A stretch of DNA of 64,000 nucleotides from a virus. The notes beneath the pieces are model-generated. The model saw only the letters and a list, made by a program, of their open reading frames with translations, was not told where the DNA came from and searched no databases. Below are positions 54,912 to 64,000 of the stretch, in pieces. The stretch is from IMG/VR virus record IMGVR_UViG_3300024239_000017; one strand, 5' to 3'. The position numbers were made by a program, and so were the translations under genes. Position 1 is the first letter of the stretch, and each line of letters opens with the position of its first letter.

Positions 54912-56270
54912 ATGATAACAGGAAAAGATTTAATAGCATTAGGATATATTCCTAATAAGCTATTTGGGGACGCAATAAAATATATAAATACATATGAATT
55001 ATCTACAGAAGAAATCAAATCTTTTCTAGATGAATTCTTTAAACCAACTCCTACTTTGGAGCCTTTTAAAACTCCTGTAGATTATATTCTTAATATTGAA
55101 GTAGAAAATCAAGACGAAGTAAACAACCTTAGTGCCATACACAATACTATGCAAGTCTTAATGAAGACTCCTACAGTGTTAACAGGTGTAATAATGCCTG
55201 ACGCTTGTCCTACAGGAGAGCCTGGTCAGATACCTGTAGGTGGTGTTGTAGTAACAGAAAATGCTATACACCCATCTATGCACTCAGCAGATGTATGTTG
55301 TTCAGTTATGACTTCTGATTTAGGTAAAATTGATCCTAAAGAAGTATTAGATATAGCATTTGCAACCACACATTTTGGTGCAGGCGGTAGAAAAGAACAT
55401 GGTGGTTGGGGAGATTTACTATATGATAATAATTACTTAGTAGAAAAAATACTAGGTAATTACTATACAAAAGATTATATAGAAAAAGCAGCAAAACATT
55501 TAGGAACTCAAGGTGATGGAAATCACTTTTTATTCGTAGGTATTTCTGAAAAAACAGGTAATACTCATATAGTAACACATCATGGTTCTAGAGGATTTGG
55601 TGCGGCAGTATATAAAAAAGGAATGGACACAGCAGAAAAGTATAGAAAAGAGCTTTCTCCAAATACTTTAAAGAAAAATGCTTGGATTCCTTATGATAGT
55701 GTAGAAGGTAAATTATATTGGGAAGCTCTTCAAATAGTAAGAGAATGGACTAAACTTAATCATGAATCACTTCATAATAGAATTATAAATAAATTAAAAA
55801 TTCAATATGAAAATAGATTTTGGAACGAGCATAATTTTGTTTTCAAAGACGGTAATAAATTCTATCACGCTAAAGGTGCTACACCATTAGAAGATAAATT
55901 TGTACCTGATTCACAAAATGGATTAAGATTAATACCTTTGAATATGTCACAACCTGTTTTGGTTGTAAAAGGTGAAGCTACAGATACAAATTTAGGATTT
56001 GCACCTCATGGTGCTGGTAGAAATGTATCAAGAGCAGAACATCATAGAAGACACGCTAACAAAACTGACGAACAAGTTTTTAAAGAAGAAACAAAAGGAC
56101 TTGATGTTAGATTTTATACAGGTAAAATAGATATATCTGAGTTACCTAGTGCATATAAAAATGCAGAAAGTGTACAAAGACAAATAGAAAAATTTGGACT
56201 AGGTACTGTTGTGGATAGAATAATGCCTTATGGTTGTATAATGGCAGGAAAACAAGAAAAATTTTATTAA
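54912..56270 (+). CDS. rtcB: RtcB RNA ligase
   Basis: MPDAC, DVCC, GNHF, HHGSRG, HNF, HGAGR, ELPSAYK. Confidence 0.92.
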   Translation: MITGKDLIALGYIPNKLFGDAIKYINTYELSTEEIKSFLDEFFKPTPTLEPFKTPVDYILNIEVENQDEVNNLSAIHNTMQVLMKTPTVLTGVIMPDACPTGEPGQIPVGGVVVTENAIHPSMHSADVCCSVMTSDLGKIDPKEVLDIAFATTHFGAGGRKEHGGWGDLLYDNNYLVEKILGNYYTKDYIEKAAKHLGTQGDGNHFLFVGISEKTGNTHIVTHHGSRGFGAAVYKKGMDTAEKYRKELSPNTLKKNAWIPYDSVEGKLYWEALQIVREWTKLNHESLHNRIINKLKIQYENRFWNEHNFVFKDGNKFYHAKGATPLEDKFVPDSQNGLRLIPLNMSQPVLVVKGEATDTNLGFAPHGAGRNVSRAEHHRRHANKTDEQVFKEETKGLDVRFYTGKIDISELPSAYKNAESVQRQIEKFGLGTVVDRIMPYGCIMAGKQEKFY

Positions 56271-56271
56271 A

Positions 56272-56571
56272 ATGGATAATATATTTAATGTCTTTATAGG
56301 AATAGGTGTAACTGTAACATTTTTAGGAATGTTAATCACTTATTTAACTTATGATGAGCCCATGTATGTGGTAGAATACAATCACTGTTTATTAGGTAAT
56401 AATGATAGTGATAATAATAAAATACGAGTTAGAGTAAGAAAAGAAGGATTTTTTACTACTAAAATATATGACGAGTATATTTATTATTCTACATCGACAG
56501 AAGGTAAAATTATAATGGGTATGCTTAAAGACTGTTTAGAAAATGATAAACCAATACCTTTAAATTATTAA
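56272..56571 (+). CDS. Membrane-anchored hypothetical protein
   Basis: N-terminal TM segment. Confidence 0.6.
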   Translation: MDNIFNVFIGIGVTVTFLGMLITYLTYDEPMYVVEYNHCLLGNNDSDNNKIRVRVRKEGFFTTKIYDEYIYYSTSTEGKIIMGMLKDCLENDKPIPLNY

Positions 56572-56574
56572 AAT

Positions 56575-56892
56575 ATGAATATGGAATATATATCAACAAT
56601 GAACTTCACAAGTTCAAAAGGAAAAAAGTATTACAGAGGAACTGTAATTAATAACAGTGAGTATTTATTACTTAATTATAACGATAGACGTATGTTTAAG
56701 GTAAAAGAAAGTTTCAATAACGATTCAAAAAATAACGATAATTATTTAAATGGGACTACAGGATCTTATTATGATTATTCTAGTCCATCTTATGACAATT
56801 CAAGTAGTAGTAATAACGATTCTTCATCTTCATTTGACGGCTTCGGTGGTGGAGGCGACTTTGGAGGTGGTGGAGCAAGCTCAGATTGGTAG
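56575..56892 (+). CDS. Hypothetical protein with a Gly-rich tail
   Basis: GFGGGGDFGGGGASSDW. Confidence 0.65.
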   Translation: MNMEYISTMNFTSSKGKKYYRGTVINNSEYLLLNYNDRRMFKVKESFNNDSKNNDNYLNGTTGSYYDYSSPSYDNSSSSNNDSSSSFDGFGGGGDFGGGGASSDW

Positions 56893-57141
56893 ATATGATT
56901 GATTACATTATAATATTTTTACTGTACATATACCTATTGTAATAGTGTATTTTTCATTTAGAAGGATGTATATAAAATCTGATATTACTAGCAATAGTAT
57001 AATATTAGATATAATACTTATATTTTTACCTATTGTTAATTTATTCTTATCTTTAATTGTAATAGGAACCTATTTAATGAACTTAGATTTTTCAAATATT
57101 AATAAAAACTTTTAAAGATTTTTTACTTTAAAAGATAAATT

Positions 57142-57184
57142 AAAATCCCCCAGATTCCTTAATTGGAGTTTGGGGGATTTTTTT
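57142..57184. terminator. Bidirectional terminator at the convergence of + and - transcription
   Basis: AAAATCCCCCAGATTCC-TTAATT-GGAGTTTGGGGGATTTTTT. Confidence 0.85.
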
Positions 57185-57243
57185 GTTTCTACTCTTCGCT
57201 AATTTTTTAAGATGGACTGAGGAGACGTTTAATGTTTCCACAC

Positions 57244-60200
57244 TCAATAAAACTTTTTGCTTAAACTGTTTAAAGCATTTCTTATTTCTCCACCTCTCTG
57301 TGCATAATTTGTATTATTGTTAGAATTATTTTTAGCAATATTATTCATCATCCATATTATGTTCTGTTTGAATTTTTCCTCACCTTTACGAGTATCCTCG
57401 TCATTATCCTTCATATAATCAGGTTGATTATAACTATCACTTCCTTTAGTGGCATTTATAAATTCGTATACATCAGGATACATTTCTCTTAATAATGAAT
57501 TACCACCACCTTGCTTATTTAACTCTTTAAATTTATTAAGATGTTCTTCTGTAAAATCTTCTTTGGAAGCATCATAAATTCCTTGATTTTTAAGTTCTTG
57601 TCTAAAACTTTGCATTCTAGCTAAATACTCTGTAGGATTAGAAGTATAATCAGTTACTATAGGTCTATCATAATCTGTACCATTAACTTTGAATCTAATA
57701 TTATTGAATTTTTTAGATATAAAAGAATCACTAAATGGTTCATAGTTATCAGGATTATCAAATTCTTGCCCCGCTCTAGTAAAAGCATCATCTTCTTTTA
57801 AATACTTTTCAGTATCTGTACTTATAGGTAACATTCTATCTATAAATTCACGTTCTTTTTTGAAGTATGGATCCAATAAGTTTTTTGCCAATCCTTCACT
57901 ATTCATTCCGTCAGGTCTATTACCCCTAGTTCTATTGATAATATCTATCAATGTTTTTGTAGGCATGTCTACTGTACCGTCAGTAATAGCATGTGATATT
58001 TCATGGGTAAAAACACTAGGATTAAGTTTCGAACCCTCTTTTGTAACTTCTATATTACCTGCTTTTGTTGGATGTATTCTATAATTATATTTTTCATCAT
58101 TTCTATAATCATTTTCTCTTGCATAAGTTACACCTAAAGTACCCTTTTCATTATTGATATTATCTACTATACTGATATTTTTTGAAGCATTTTGAAAATT
58201 ATTCTTTCTATTCTCATATAATCTATTAATAGTTTCTTCATCAGCATTAGGATATTCTTTTTTAAGCCTTTCTAAATACTTCGGTGAATTAATGTATTCT
58301 TTAAACCAAGCTACCTGTTGATCTTTATTCATTGGCTTCTTACCTCCTAATTGTGCATACCACATATTGTTTTCTGTTTTTCTATTATCTACTATATTAT
58401 TCAATAACCAAACAGCATCGTCTTGAGAGTTTAATATATTGAGTAATTCTCCTGAATTAGCTTCTATTAAAGGTTTATTGTTATTTTCTCCTGGTTTTTT
58501 ATAATTATTTAAAAACTTAGTTAAATGTTCTTTAGTTATAGGAGATTTATAAGGATCTACAATACCACTATCTTTAAGTTCTTTTCTTAGAACATTCAAT
58601 CTGGCATGTACTTCTGTAGGATTACTTAGGTAACTTCCTGAATCATCTCTAACCCTAGATAAAATATCCTCTACATCATTTCTGAGTAATAATTGATTTG
58701 CTCCTGTAGATTGATGAGTACCTTCATGTAATATAACATTTTCTGGAGCCATTCTTCTAGTTACAATATTGCCATATTTACTATTTGGACTAGTATAAGA
58801 AGTTCCTTGAAGGTCTTTGTTATTAAATCTTTCTCCCCTTTTTCTTGTATATGAATTTGTCGATTTTAATAAATCTTCTGCTGTAGATATTTCCAAATTC
58901 TGTCCACTAATTCTATCTAATCTAGTAGAAAGATTATCTACACCACTTTGCCCTTCTCTTTTAAAGGCTATTTTATTAGCCATAGGAGATTCTAACCATC
59001 CTTTCAAATAACCTATTTCGTCTGTCTTTAACATGGTTTGGGGTTTCAATACCCCATTAGTGTCAGAATATTCCCATTTTGATTCTGTAATCCCTCCTTT
59101 CTGAAATTTTGTAAGTAATTCATTTAAAGAATTTCTAACATTTCCTCCTAATTTTTTTCTAGTAACAGTAATTTCAGGGTATTTAATACCTCTATCGTCT
59201 ATAGAAGCCTTAGGTAATTTCTTAACACTTTTAGAATTTATACCATCTATTAATGAGTTTATCTCTTTTAATATAAGCTTCTCATCTAAATTAGCTAAAT
59301 CTGGAAATCCTGCACTATTTAAATACTTATACCCGTGATAATTAACGTCTATCATGTCATTTGTAATACCCCTGTCCACTAATTTAAGTGTCATAGGATA
59401 ACTATCGCTAGATAGAGAATTCGCTGGTAAAAAAACTTTTCCTTTTTCTGATGAATTTACTTTATCGTATGCTTTTTTAAGCTTAGCCATTGGATTTAAA
59501 TTCTCTCTTTTATACAAAGTTGGCATTAATTCTTCATCGTATTCTAAAGGCTTTCTTTCTATGAAAGGTGAAACTTTTTTATTAATATTTGATAATAAGC
59601 TATTACTATTAGTTTCAGTAGTAGGAACTCTTAAATTTCTAAATATAGGAGTTATATGTTCGACTAAATCGTCTTCGGAATATAAAGGTATTCTTGTATC
59701 ACTAATTATTTCTTCTACATTTTGTTTACTTATAGGTTGTTCTTTTAATGCTTTAAGTCTACTATTTAAACTATTTTTATCAAAACCTGTAAGTAATATG
59801 AATTGGTCATCATTTAAATGAGAAGAATTTTTAAATACGTCTTCTATTAACTTTGCATCACTATATAATTCACCTGAATTAACAATACTTCCTACATTTC
59901 TAACTGTAGATAATAATTTCTTTTCTCCATGTGAAAGACTCTCAGGTTTATTCAAAAATTTAAACTCTAAAGATTTTACTAAATTATTTAATTCTTCTTT
60001 AGTACCTACTTTATTTTTAAATAGTTTTGCTAAATCGTCAGATACTCCTGCGGCTGGAACTACTCCTAATAAATTTACAGCACCGCTTATCGTGTGCTTT
60101 CCAGCACCTTTAAAATTCCCTTCTATTAACTTTTCAGGGATTGTAACTACGTCTTTTGCTCCCTCTATTCCAGAATCAATCCATGATAATGGGTTAGCTA

Positions 60201-60636
60201 TACTTGTAGCTATGTCTAAATTATTAGTTTTTCCTTTACTAAAATTATCAGGTATTCTTTGATTGTTTACTACATACTCTAAAGCTGTAGCGGGATTGGT
60301 AGCTATTTCCCATCCTTTTGAAAGTAATGATTGTTCTTCTTGAGACTTTTCAATACTTCCTGTAGATTTTTGATTATTCAACCTAGCTATATTATCCTCA
60401 AATTCTTGTTTTTGTATAAGCTCTACAGCTTTTTTTCTTGAAACATTGAATCTATTACTTACCTCTTCTATTTTCTTTGAATCTGCTTTAATTTTATTAA
60501 TAGGATTTATATTTTTAGCTTTGGTAAAGTTTATTACTTTATTCGTATCAGATACGGTATTATCATCTAATAATCTTTTCATTCCACCTCTCTGATATTT
60601 TTCAACTAATTTATTTATGTCTTCTCTTAAATTCAT
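57244..60636 (-). CDS. Large putative virion/cargo protein with two tandem zincin (HExxH) domains and repeated xxxGG linkers
   Basis: HEGTH and HEISH domains, each followed by SNPTE..AR and W..NNI...YAQ.GG; start at ATG 60636. Confidence 0.75.
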   Translation of the reverse strand: MNLREDINKLVEKYQRGGMKRLLDDNTVSDTNKVINFTKAKNINPINKIKADSKKIEEVSNRFNVSRKKAVELIQKQEFEDNIARLNNQKSTGSIEKSQEEQSLLSKGWEIATNPATALEYVVNNQRIPDNFSKGKTNNLDIATSIANPLSWIDSGIEGAKDVVTIPEKLIEGNFKGAGKHTISGAVNLLGVVPAAGVSDDLAKLFKNKVGTKEELNNLVKSLEFKFLNKPESLSHGEKKLLSTVRNVGSIVNSGELYSDAKLIEDVFKNSSHLNDDQFILLTGFDKNSLNSRLKALKEQPISKQNVEEIISDTRIPLYSEDDLVEHITPIFRNLRVPTTETNSNSLLSNINKKVSPFIERKPLEYDEELMPTLYKRENLNPMAKLKKAYDKVNSSEKGKVFLPANSLSSDSYPMTLKLVDRGITNDMIDVNYHGYKYLNSAGFPDLANLDEKLILKEINSLIDGINSKSVKKLPKASIDDRGIKYPEITVTRKKLGGNVRNSLNELLTKFQKGGITESKWEYSDTNGVLKPQTMLKTDEIGYLKGWLESPMANKIAFKREGQSGVDNLSTRLDRISGQNLEISTAEDLLKSTNSYTRKRGERFNNKDLQGTSYTSPNSKYGNIVTRRMAPENVILHEGTHQSTGANQLLLRNDVEDILSRVRDDSGSYLSNPTEVHARLNVLRKELKDSGIVDPYKSPITKEHLTKFLNNYKKPGENNNKPLIEANSGELLNILNSQDDAVWLLNNIVDNRKTENNMWYAQLGGKKPMNKDQQVAWFKEYINSPKYLERLKKEYPNADEETINRLYENRKNNFQNASKNISIVDNINNEKGTLGVTYARENDYRNDEKYNYRIHPTKAGNIEVTKEGSKLNPSVFTHEISHAITDGTVDMPTKTLIDIINRTRGNRPDGMNSEGLAKNLLDPYFKKEREFIDRMLPISTDTEKYLKEDDAFTRAGQEFDNPDNYEPFSDSFISKKFNNIRFKVNGTDYDRPIVTDYTSNPTEYLARMQSFRQELKNQGIYDASKEDFTEEHLNKFKELNKQGGGNSLLREMYPDVYEFINATKGSDSYNQPDYMKDNDEDTRKGEEKFKQNIIWMMNNIAKNNSNNNTNYAQRGGEIRNALNSLSKKFY

Positions 60637-60655
60637 TATTTTACTAATTATACTA

Positions 60656-60687
60656 CAAATATAAAACAAAAAAAAGATTAATCCAAA
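60656..60687 (-). promoter_or_regulatory. Bacteroidota-type promoter (- strand)
   Basis: Reverse complement reads TTTG-N20-TATATTTG. Confidence 0.7.
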
Positions 60688-60703
60688 TAGATTAATCTTT
60701 AAA

Positions 60704-61210
60704 TTAATGTTTTCCGTTTAAAAACTTGATATAACTACATCCCCCAAATAATGTACGTGTACTTAATAATGAGCATACTGTTCTTATTAAGGTTTCATTA
60801 GCCTTAAAATTGTGCAGTTTTGGGGCTTTCTTTATTATTTCTATATTATCTCCCTCTACATATATTAACCCAGCGTATTCAGGTATTTCTGTTGGTTTTA
60901 CCATATCTTTCGGTACAACATATATAAAATGGTTTGGTAAACTAGGATGTTGTTTCCACTTTAAATATCGTTCTATTTTATAAGTTGGATTAGAAAGTCT
61001 TTTATGTTTATATGTTTTCTTGAAGTCTGCTTTAAAATCTGATCTTGACGTTTTTATTTCATATTCATATACAATATTTGATTCTGTAATCCTAAGTACA
61101 TCACACTCTGAGAAACCCATCCCTTGAAAATTTGTACAAAAAATACTTCTAGACTTCTCATACAAATTTTTCATAAGGATATTTTTAAGATGGTTACTAC
61201 TAATCTTCAT
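60704..61210 (-). CDS. PD-(D/E)xK nuclease, MmcB-like
   Basis: ECDVL...EYEIKTSRSDFKAD. Confidence 0.7.
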   Translation of the reverse strand: MKISSNHLKNILMKNLYEKSRSIFCTNFQGMGFSECDVLRITESNIVYEYEIKTSRSDFKADFKKTYKHKRLSNPTYKIERYLKWKQHPSLPNHFIYVVPKDMVKPTEIPEYAGLIYVEGDNIEIIKKAPKLHNFKANETLIRTVCSLLSTRTLFGGCSYIKFLNGKH

Positions 61211-61484
61211 ATCTATCTTCTTCAATTCTTTTAGCTAATCTTTCTAATTTGAATTTTTTAAATCTTTCTACATTGTCAGCACAGGATAGAAACATTCCTT
61301 TTAATTGTTCTATCATTATTTCTACGTCTGCTATCTCATTACACATAGCCATAAAAGTTTCATCGTTATTTTTTCTAATGTGTTTTCTAACAGCCAATGC
61401 TAATTCCGTTGCTTCTTCTTGCGCCATTTCTAATTGAGATAAGTGTCCCCATTTTTCTAAAGCTCTGTCATAAATGTCTTTCAT
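61200..61484 (-). CDS. MazG-like nucleotide pyrophosphohydrolase
   Basis: EEATEL...EIADVEIMIEQL. Confidence 0.75.
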   Translation of the reverse strand: MKDIYDRALEKWGHLSQLEMAQEEATELALAVRKHIRKNNDETFMAMCNEIADVEIMIEQLKGMFLSCADNVERFKKFKLERLAKRIEEDRYED

Positions 61485-61804
61485 TTTTTTAATTTTAATT
61501 CGTTTGTGTATATTCTTTTAAATTGTCTATTGAAAGTTTTTTTATTATAGTATAAACTATACGGTATATAATTATTAGTATTAAGAACTACACCGTTAAT
61601 ATCATATAATCTGTCGTCTATTTTTGTAACAATATGATCATTATTTGAATAAGGTATAGCTTCTGGAAAAATAGAGTGAAGTATTAAGAACATATTTATA
61701 CAAGATCCTTTGGTAAATATATCTACCATACTAGAGTGAGATTCCCTAATATTATATATTATATTTAATATTTTTCTGTGTTTTGTCATGACCATTCGAA
61801 CCAA
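61481..61804 (-). CDS. Hypothetical protein (papain-like C/H/D pattern)
   Basis: FTKGSC...DHIVTKIDDRLYDING. Confidence 0.55.
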   Translation of the reverse strand: MVRMVMTKHRKILNIIYNIRESHSSMVDIFTKGSCINMFLILHSIFPEAIPYSNNDHIVTKIDDRLYDINGVVLNTNNYIPYSLYYNKKTFNRQFKRIYTNELKLKK

Positions 61805-61968
61805 TTACCTCTTTTATGTGGTAATCCATTTCTTACTTTTTTATTAAAGTATCTTTTCCAAAATTTACCTGATGGTTTTACCCAATAACTAAACCATAAT
61901 CCACCGTGAGGATTATCTTTTAATATTTTACGTTTTCCTAATCGTAATTTATATTTATCTTCATTCAT
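61786..61968 (-). CDS. Small basic hypothetical protein
   Basis: ORF in operon. Confidence 0.55.
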   Translation of the reverse strand: MNEDKYKLRLGKRKILKDNPHGGLWFSYWVKPSGKFWKRYFNKKVRNGLPHKRGNWFEWS

Positions 61969-61970
61969 AT

Positions 61971-62606
61971 TTATTTTATATTTAAAAGTCTGTCCACCCC
62001 TATGGCAAATCCTACTCCACCTTCATATTCTCCACCTCCACAAACTTGTTTTGAACTTCCAAGAGCTTCGCAAGTTATTTCAAACCCTTTACCTTCTTTA
62101 TAATAATCCAAACCTCTTTTTACATTAAAATGTAAATCAAATTTTTCTTTTGAAACTGATGTTAGTAATTTATAAGCTAACTCTGGTAAAATAAATCCAC
62201 TTCCAATATAATCTGTTGTTGGATTTATGATTTCTACACCAATTTGTGTAAATTGTCTGTATCTACCCGCTTGAGGTTTCTCACCTCTAAAACATTCTTG
62301 AACATAAAATAACTTTACGTCTTTTTCCATCTTAAAGGTTGTATTACTTAACTTTTGGATTACCGCCGTATATTCTGGTGCCAAACAAAGATTTCTATCA
62401 CCTCTGTCTTTAAAATTATACATGAGGTTATTATTTTCCTCACCTACTTTTCCCTCGAAAGTTTTTTGAGACTGTATAATAGGAATTGATATTTCTTTAA
62501 ATCCCTCTGATTTAAGAATATCAATCATCATATTGATATTATCTCTTTTTTTGTTTCCTAAAACAATTCTTGTTCCTTTATAACATGTTTCTTTAATTTC
62601 TTCCAT
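61971..62606 (-). CDS. Histidyl-tRNA synthetase-like protein, catalytic core only
   Basis: LAPEYTA, FRGEKPQAGRYRQFTQIGVE, RGLDYY, GGGEY, GFAIGVDRL; 211 aa. Confidence 0.88.
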   Translation of the reverse strand: MEEIKETCYKGTRIVLGNKKRDNINMMIDILKSEGFKEISIPIIQSQKTFEGKVGEENNNLMYNFKDRGDRNLCLAPEYTAVIQKLSNTTFKMEKDVKLFYVQECFRGEKPQAGRYRQFTQIGVEIINPTTDYIGSGFILPELAYKLLTSVSKEKFDLHFNVKRGLDYYKEGKGFEITCEALGSSKQVCGGGEYEGGVGFAIGVDRLLNIK

Positions 62607-62608
62607 AT

Positions 62609-62836
62609 CTATAAAATAAAATAATTACTGTATTTAATTATAAAAGGTACATGTGAAAAATATGCATCATCTACTATTTCATAAGTGCTATTTTTTTCGT
62701 TAATACCTATTACAATATATTCAAAAGGAGTACCTACATTTATTACGTCATTATGTCTATAGTAAAGTCCTGCTACTCGTATGTTAATGACTTCTAATCC
62801 TAGTTTGTAAAGTATTTTATATATCATATTCTTCAA
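62609..62836 (-). CDS. Hypothetical protein
   Basis: ORF in operon. Confidence 0.5.
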   Translation of the reverse strand: MKNMIYKILYKLGLEVINIRVAGLYYRHNDVINVGTPFEYIVIGINEKNSTYEIVDDAYFSHVPFIIKYSNYFIL

Positions 62837-63161
62837 AATAATTTTCTACTTGTTCAAATACCCATTCTGTTAGATAAGCCTGTAACTCATCATTATTTAT
62901 ATCTAATTTTATACCTCTGGATTTAAATATATTATTTACCGCATGAACAGCTTCGTGGGCAATTACTGCATTACTAGGTTTATTTATAAAATATATTTCA
63001 TTGTAAGAAATATTATTTTCTTCTTTAAATATAACACAGGCATCCATAATATTTGTTAAATCAAAACCATATTCTTTATTTACTTTTTTCCAACTTTTTA
63101 TTCGTGCTATACAAAGTTTTCCACCTAATATTGGTATATCTATTATCTTTTTATCTTTCAT
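62817..63161 (-). CDS. Small zincin-like HExxH protein
   Basis: HEAVH...DELQAYL. Confidence 0.65.
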   Translation of the reverse strand: MKDKKIIDIPILGGKLCIARIKSWKKVNKEYGFDLTNIMDACVIFKEENNISYNEIYFINKPSNAVIAHEAVHAVNNIFKSRGIKLDINNDELQAYLTEWVFEQVENYFEEYDI

Positions 63162-63678
63162 TTAAAAAATTTAAAATTTTATTTGAAGTAAAGGATTGTT
63201 CACAGTCCGTAATCATATTTATATCAGTATTGGAAGATACTATATTATAAATTTGTTCAGAAAATTCATTACTTTCTTCTTCAGTTTGATTTCTACCTTT
63301 TTCAACATAAGGTTTAGTTCTATTTAAAAATATATTAATATTATCGAATTTGTTTACTTCATGTAATACTATATTCTTAAAATCACTTGAGTTATCACCA
63401 TATTTATAATTATAAAACAATGATAGTATCAAAGGTCTATCTGTGATAATATATTGAACTTTATCTTTCAATCTAAACATTCTATGATGTTGTTTTGCAA
63501 ATAAATACAATTCATTTTTAAAGGTTTCTGTCCTCTCTTCCCATACTAATTCTTTTGCGTATTCTGATACTATTTCTACGTCATATCCTTGCCATTTCAT
63601 TAATGCGAATAATTCTGATGCCAATGTACTTTTTCCTGTACCTGGAGCTCCTATTAAATTAATTACTGTAGTTTTCAT
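63151..63678 (-). CDS. P-loop kinase/ATPase (NadR/AAA_28-like)
   Basis: INLIGAPGTGKST, IITDRP, GRNQT. Confidence 0.8.
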   Translation of the reverse strand: MKTTVINLIGAPGTGKSTLASELFALMKWQGYDVEIVSEYAKELVWEERTETFKNELYLFAKQHHRMFRLKDKVQYIITDRPLILSLFYNYKYGDNSSDFKNIVLHEVNKFDNINIFLNRTKPYVEKGRNQTEEESNEFSEQIYNIVSSNTDINMITDCEQSFTSNKILNFLNER

Positions 63679-64000
63679 ATATTAAATTTCTAAAGTTAGT
63701 TGTAAAAACTTCCAATCTGTCCCATCGGGATCTAAAAGATAATGTTTAAAGTTTATTTTTTCCATTTTCTTCTAACTCTTTTATTTTTTCTGTTAATATT
63801 TCAACATTCCTCTTCATTCTTTCCAATTCGTATTTATCATTTAGTAATTCTTTTTCCAAATACTCATCTCCTTTTTTATGTACCCATTTTATAATATCTT
63901 TCTCTGTCATTTCCAATAACTCTAACGGAAGAGTATAATATTCTTGGTACGTAAAGTCTTCGTATGGAACATGATCGTTATTGTAATATGTGACAGTTTT

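Noticed and set aside
468-60669. Upstream starts in the ORF track at 468, 5674, 7571, 45787 and 60669
   Set aside because: They overlap promoters or upstream genes; downstream ATGs fit better.
6310-63250. Short ORFs antisense to longer genes in the ORF track
   Set aside because: They lie within well-supported genes on the opposite strand and show no motifs.
1-64000. Stop-codon recoding
   Set aside because: Long conserved genes are intact under the standard code and no suppressor tRNA was seen.

Overview
A 64-kb segment of a large, AT-rich lytic phage genome. The host is very probably in Bacteroidota (Flavobacteriaceae-like): the window has repeated TTTG-N20-TAnnTTTG host promoters and A-rich starts without Shine-Dalgarno sequences. 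Positions 1-5.6 kb hold a cluster of 23 tRNA genes with three HNH endonuclease genes and a leader-peptide attenuator. Positions 5.7-10.6 kb encode ThyX, a GIY-YIG nuclease, a SLOG protein and a family B DNA polymerase. Positions 10.6-14.8 kb are low-coding and rich in repeats and hairpins (possible genome end or origin). Positions 14.8-57 kb are a long + strand accessory region of small paralogous genes. It also contains dispersed tRNAs, tRNA mimics lacking anticodons, a permuted two-piece tmRNA, a catalytic-domain-only GluRS, a twister-like RNA, two copies of a large unidentified structured RNA (one invaded by an HNH gene), denV, a radical SAM gene, an MT-A70 methyltransferase, a macrodomain plus NAMPT-like and PRS-like genes (NARP1-like), a CCA-adding enzyme and RtcB. 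At 50.8-53.0 kb is an integron-like array of five gene cassettes separated by attC-like palindromes, with no integrase in the window. Positions 57.2-64 kb are - strand genes: a large zincin-repeat protein, MmcB-like and MazG-like proteins, a catalytic-domain-only HisRS and a P-loop kinase. An 11-mer, TCCACACTCAA, recurs only on the + strand from 14 kb onward. All calls come from reading the sequence by eye; no database search or folding program was run.
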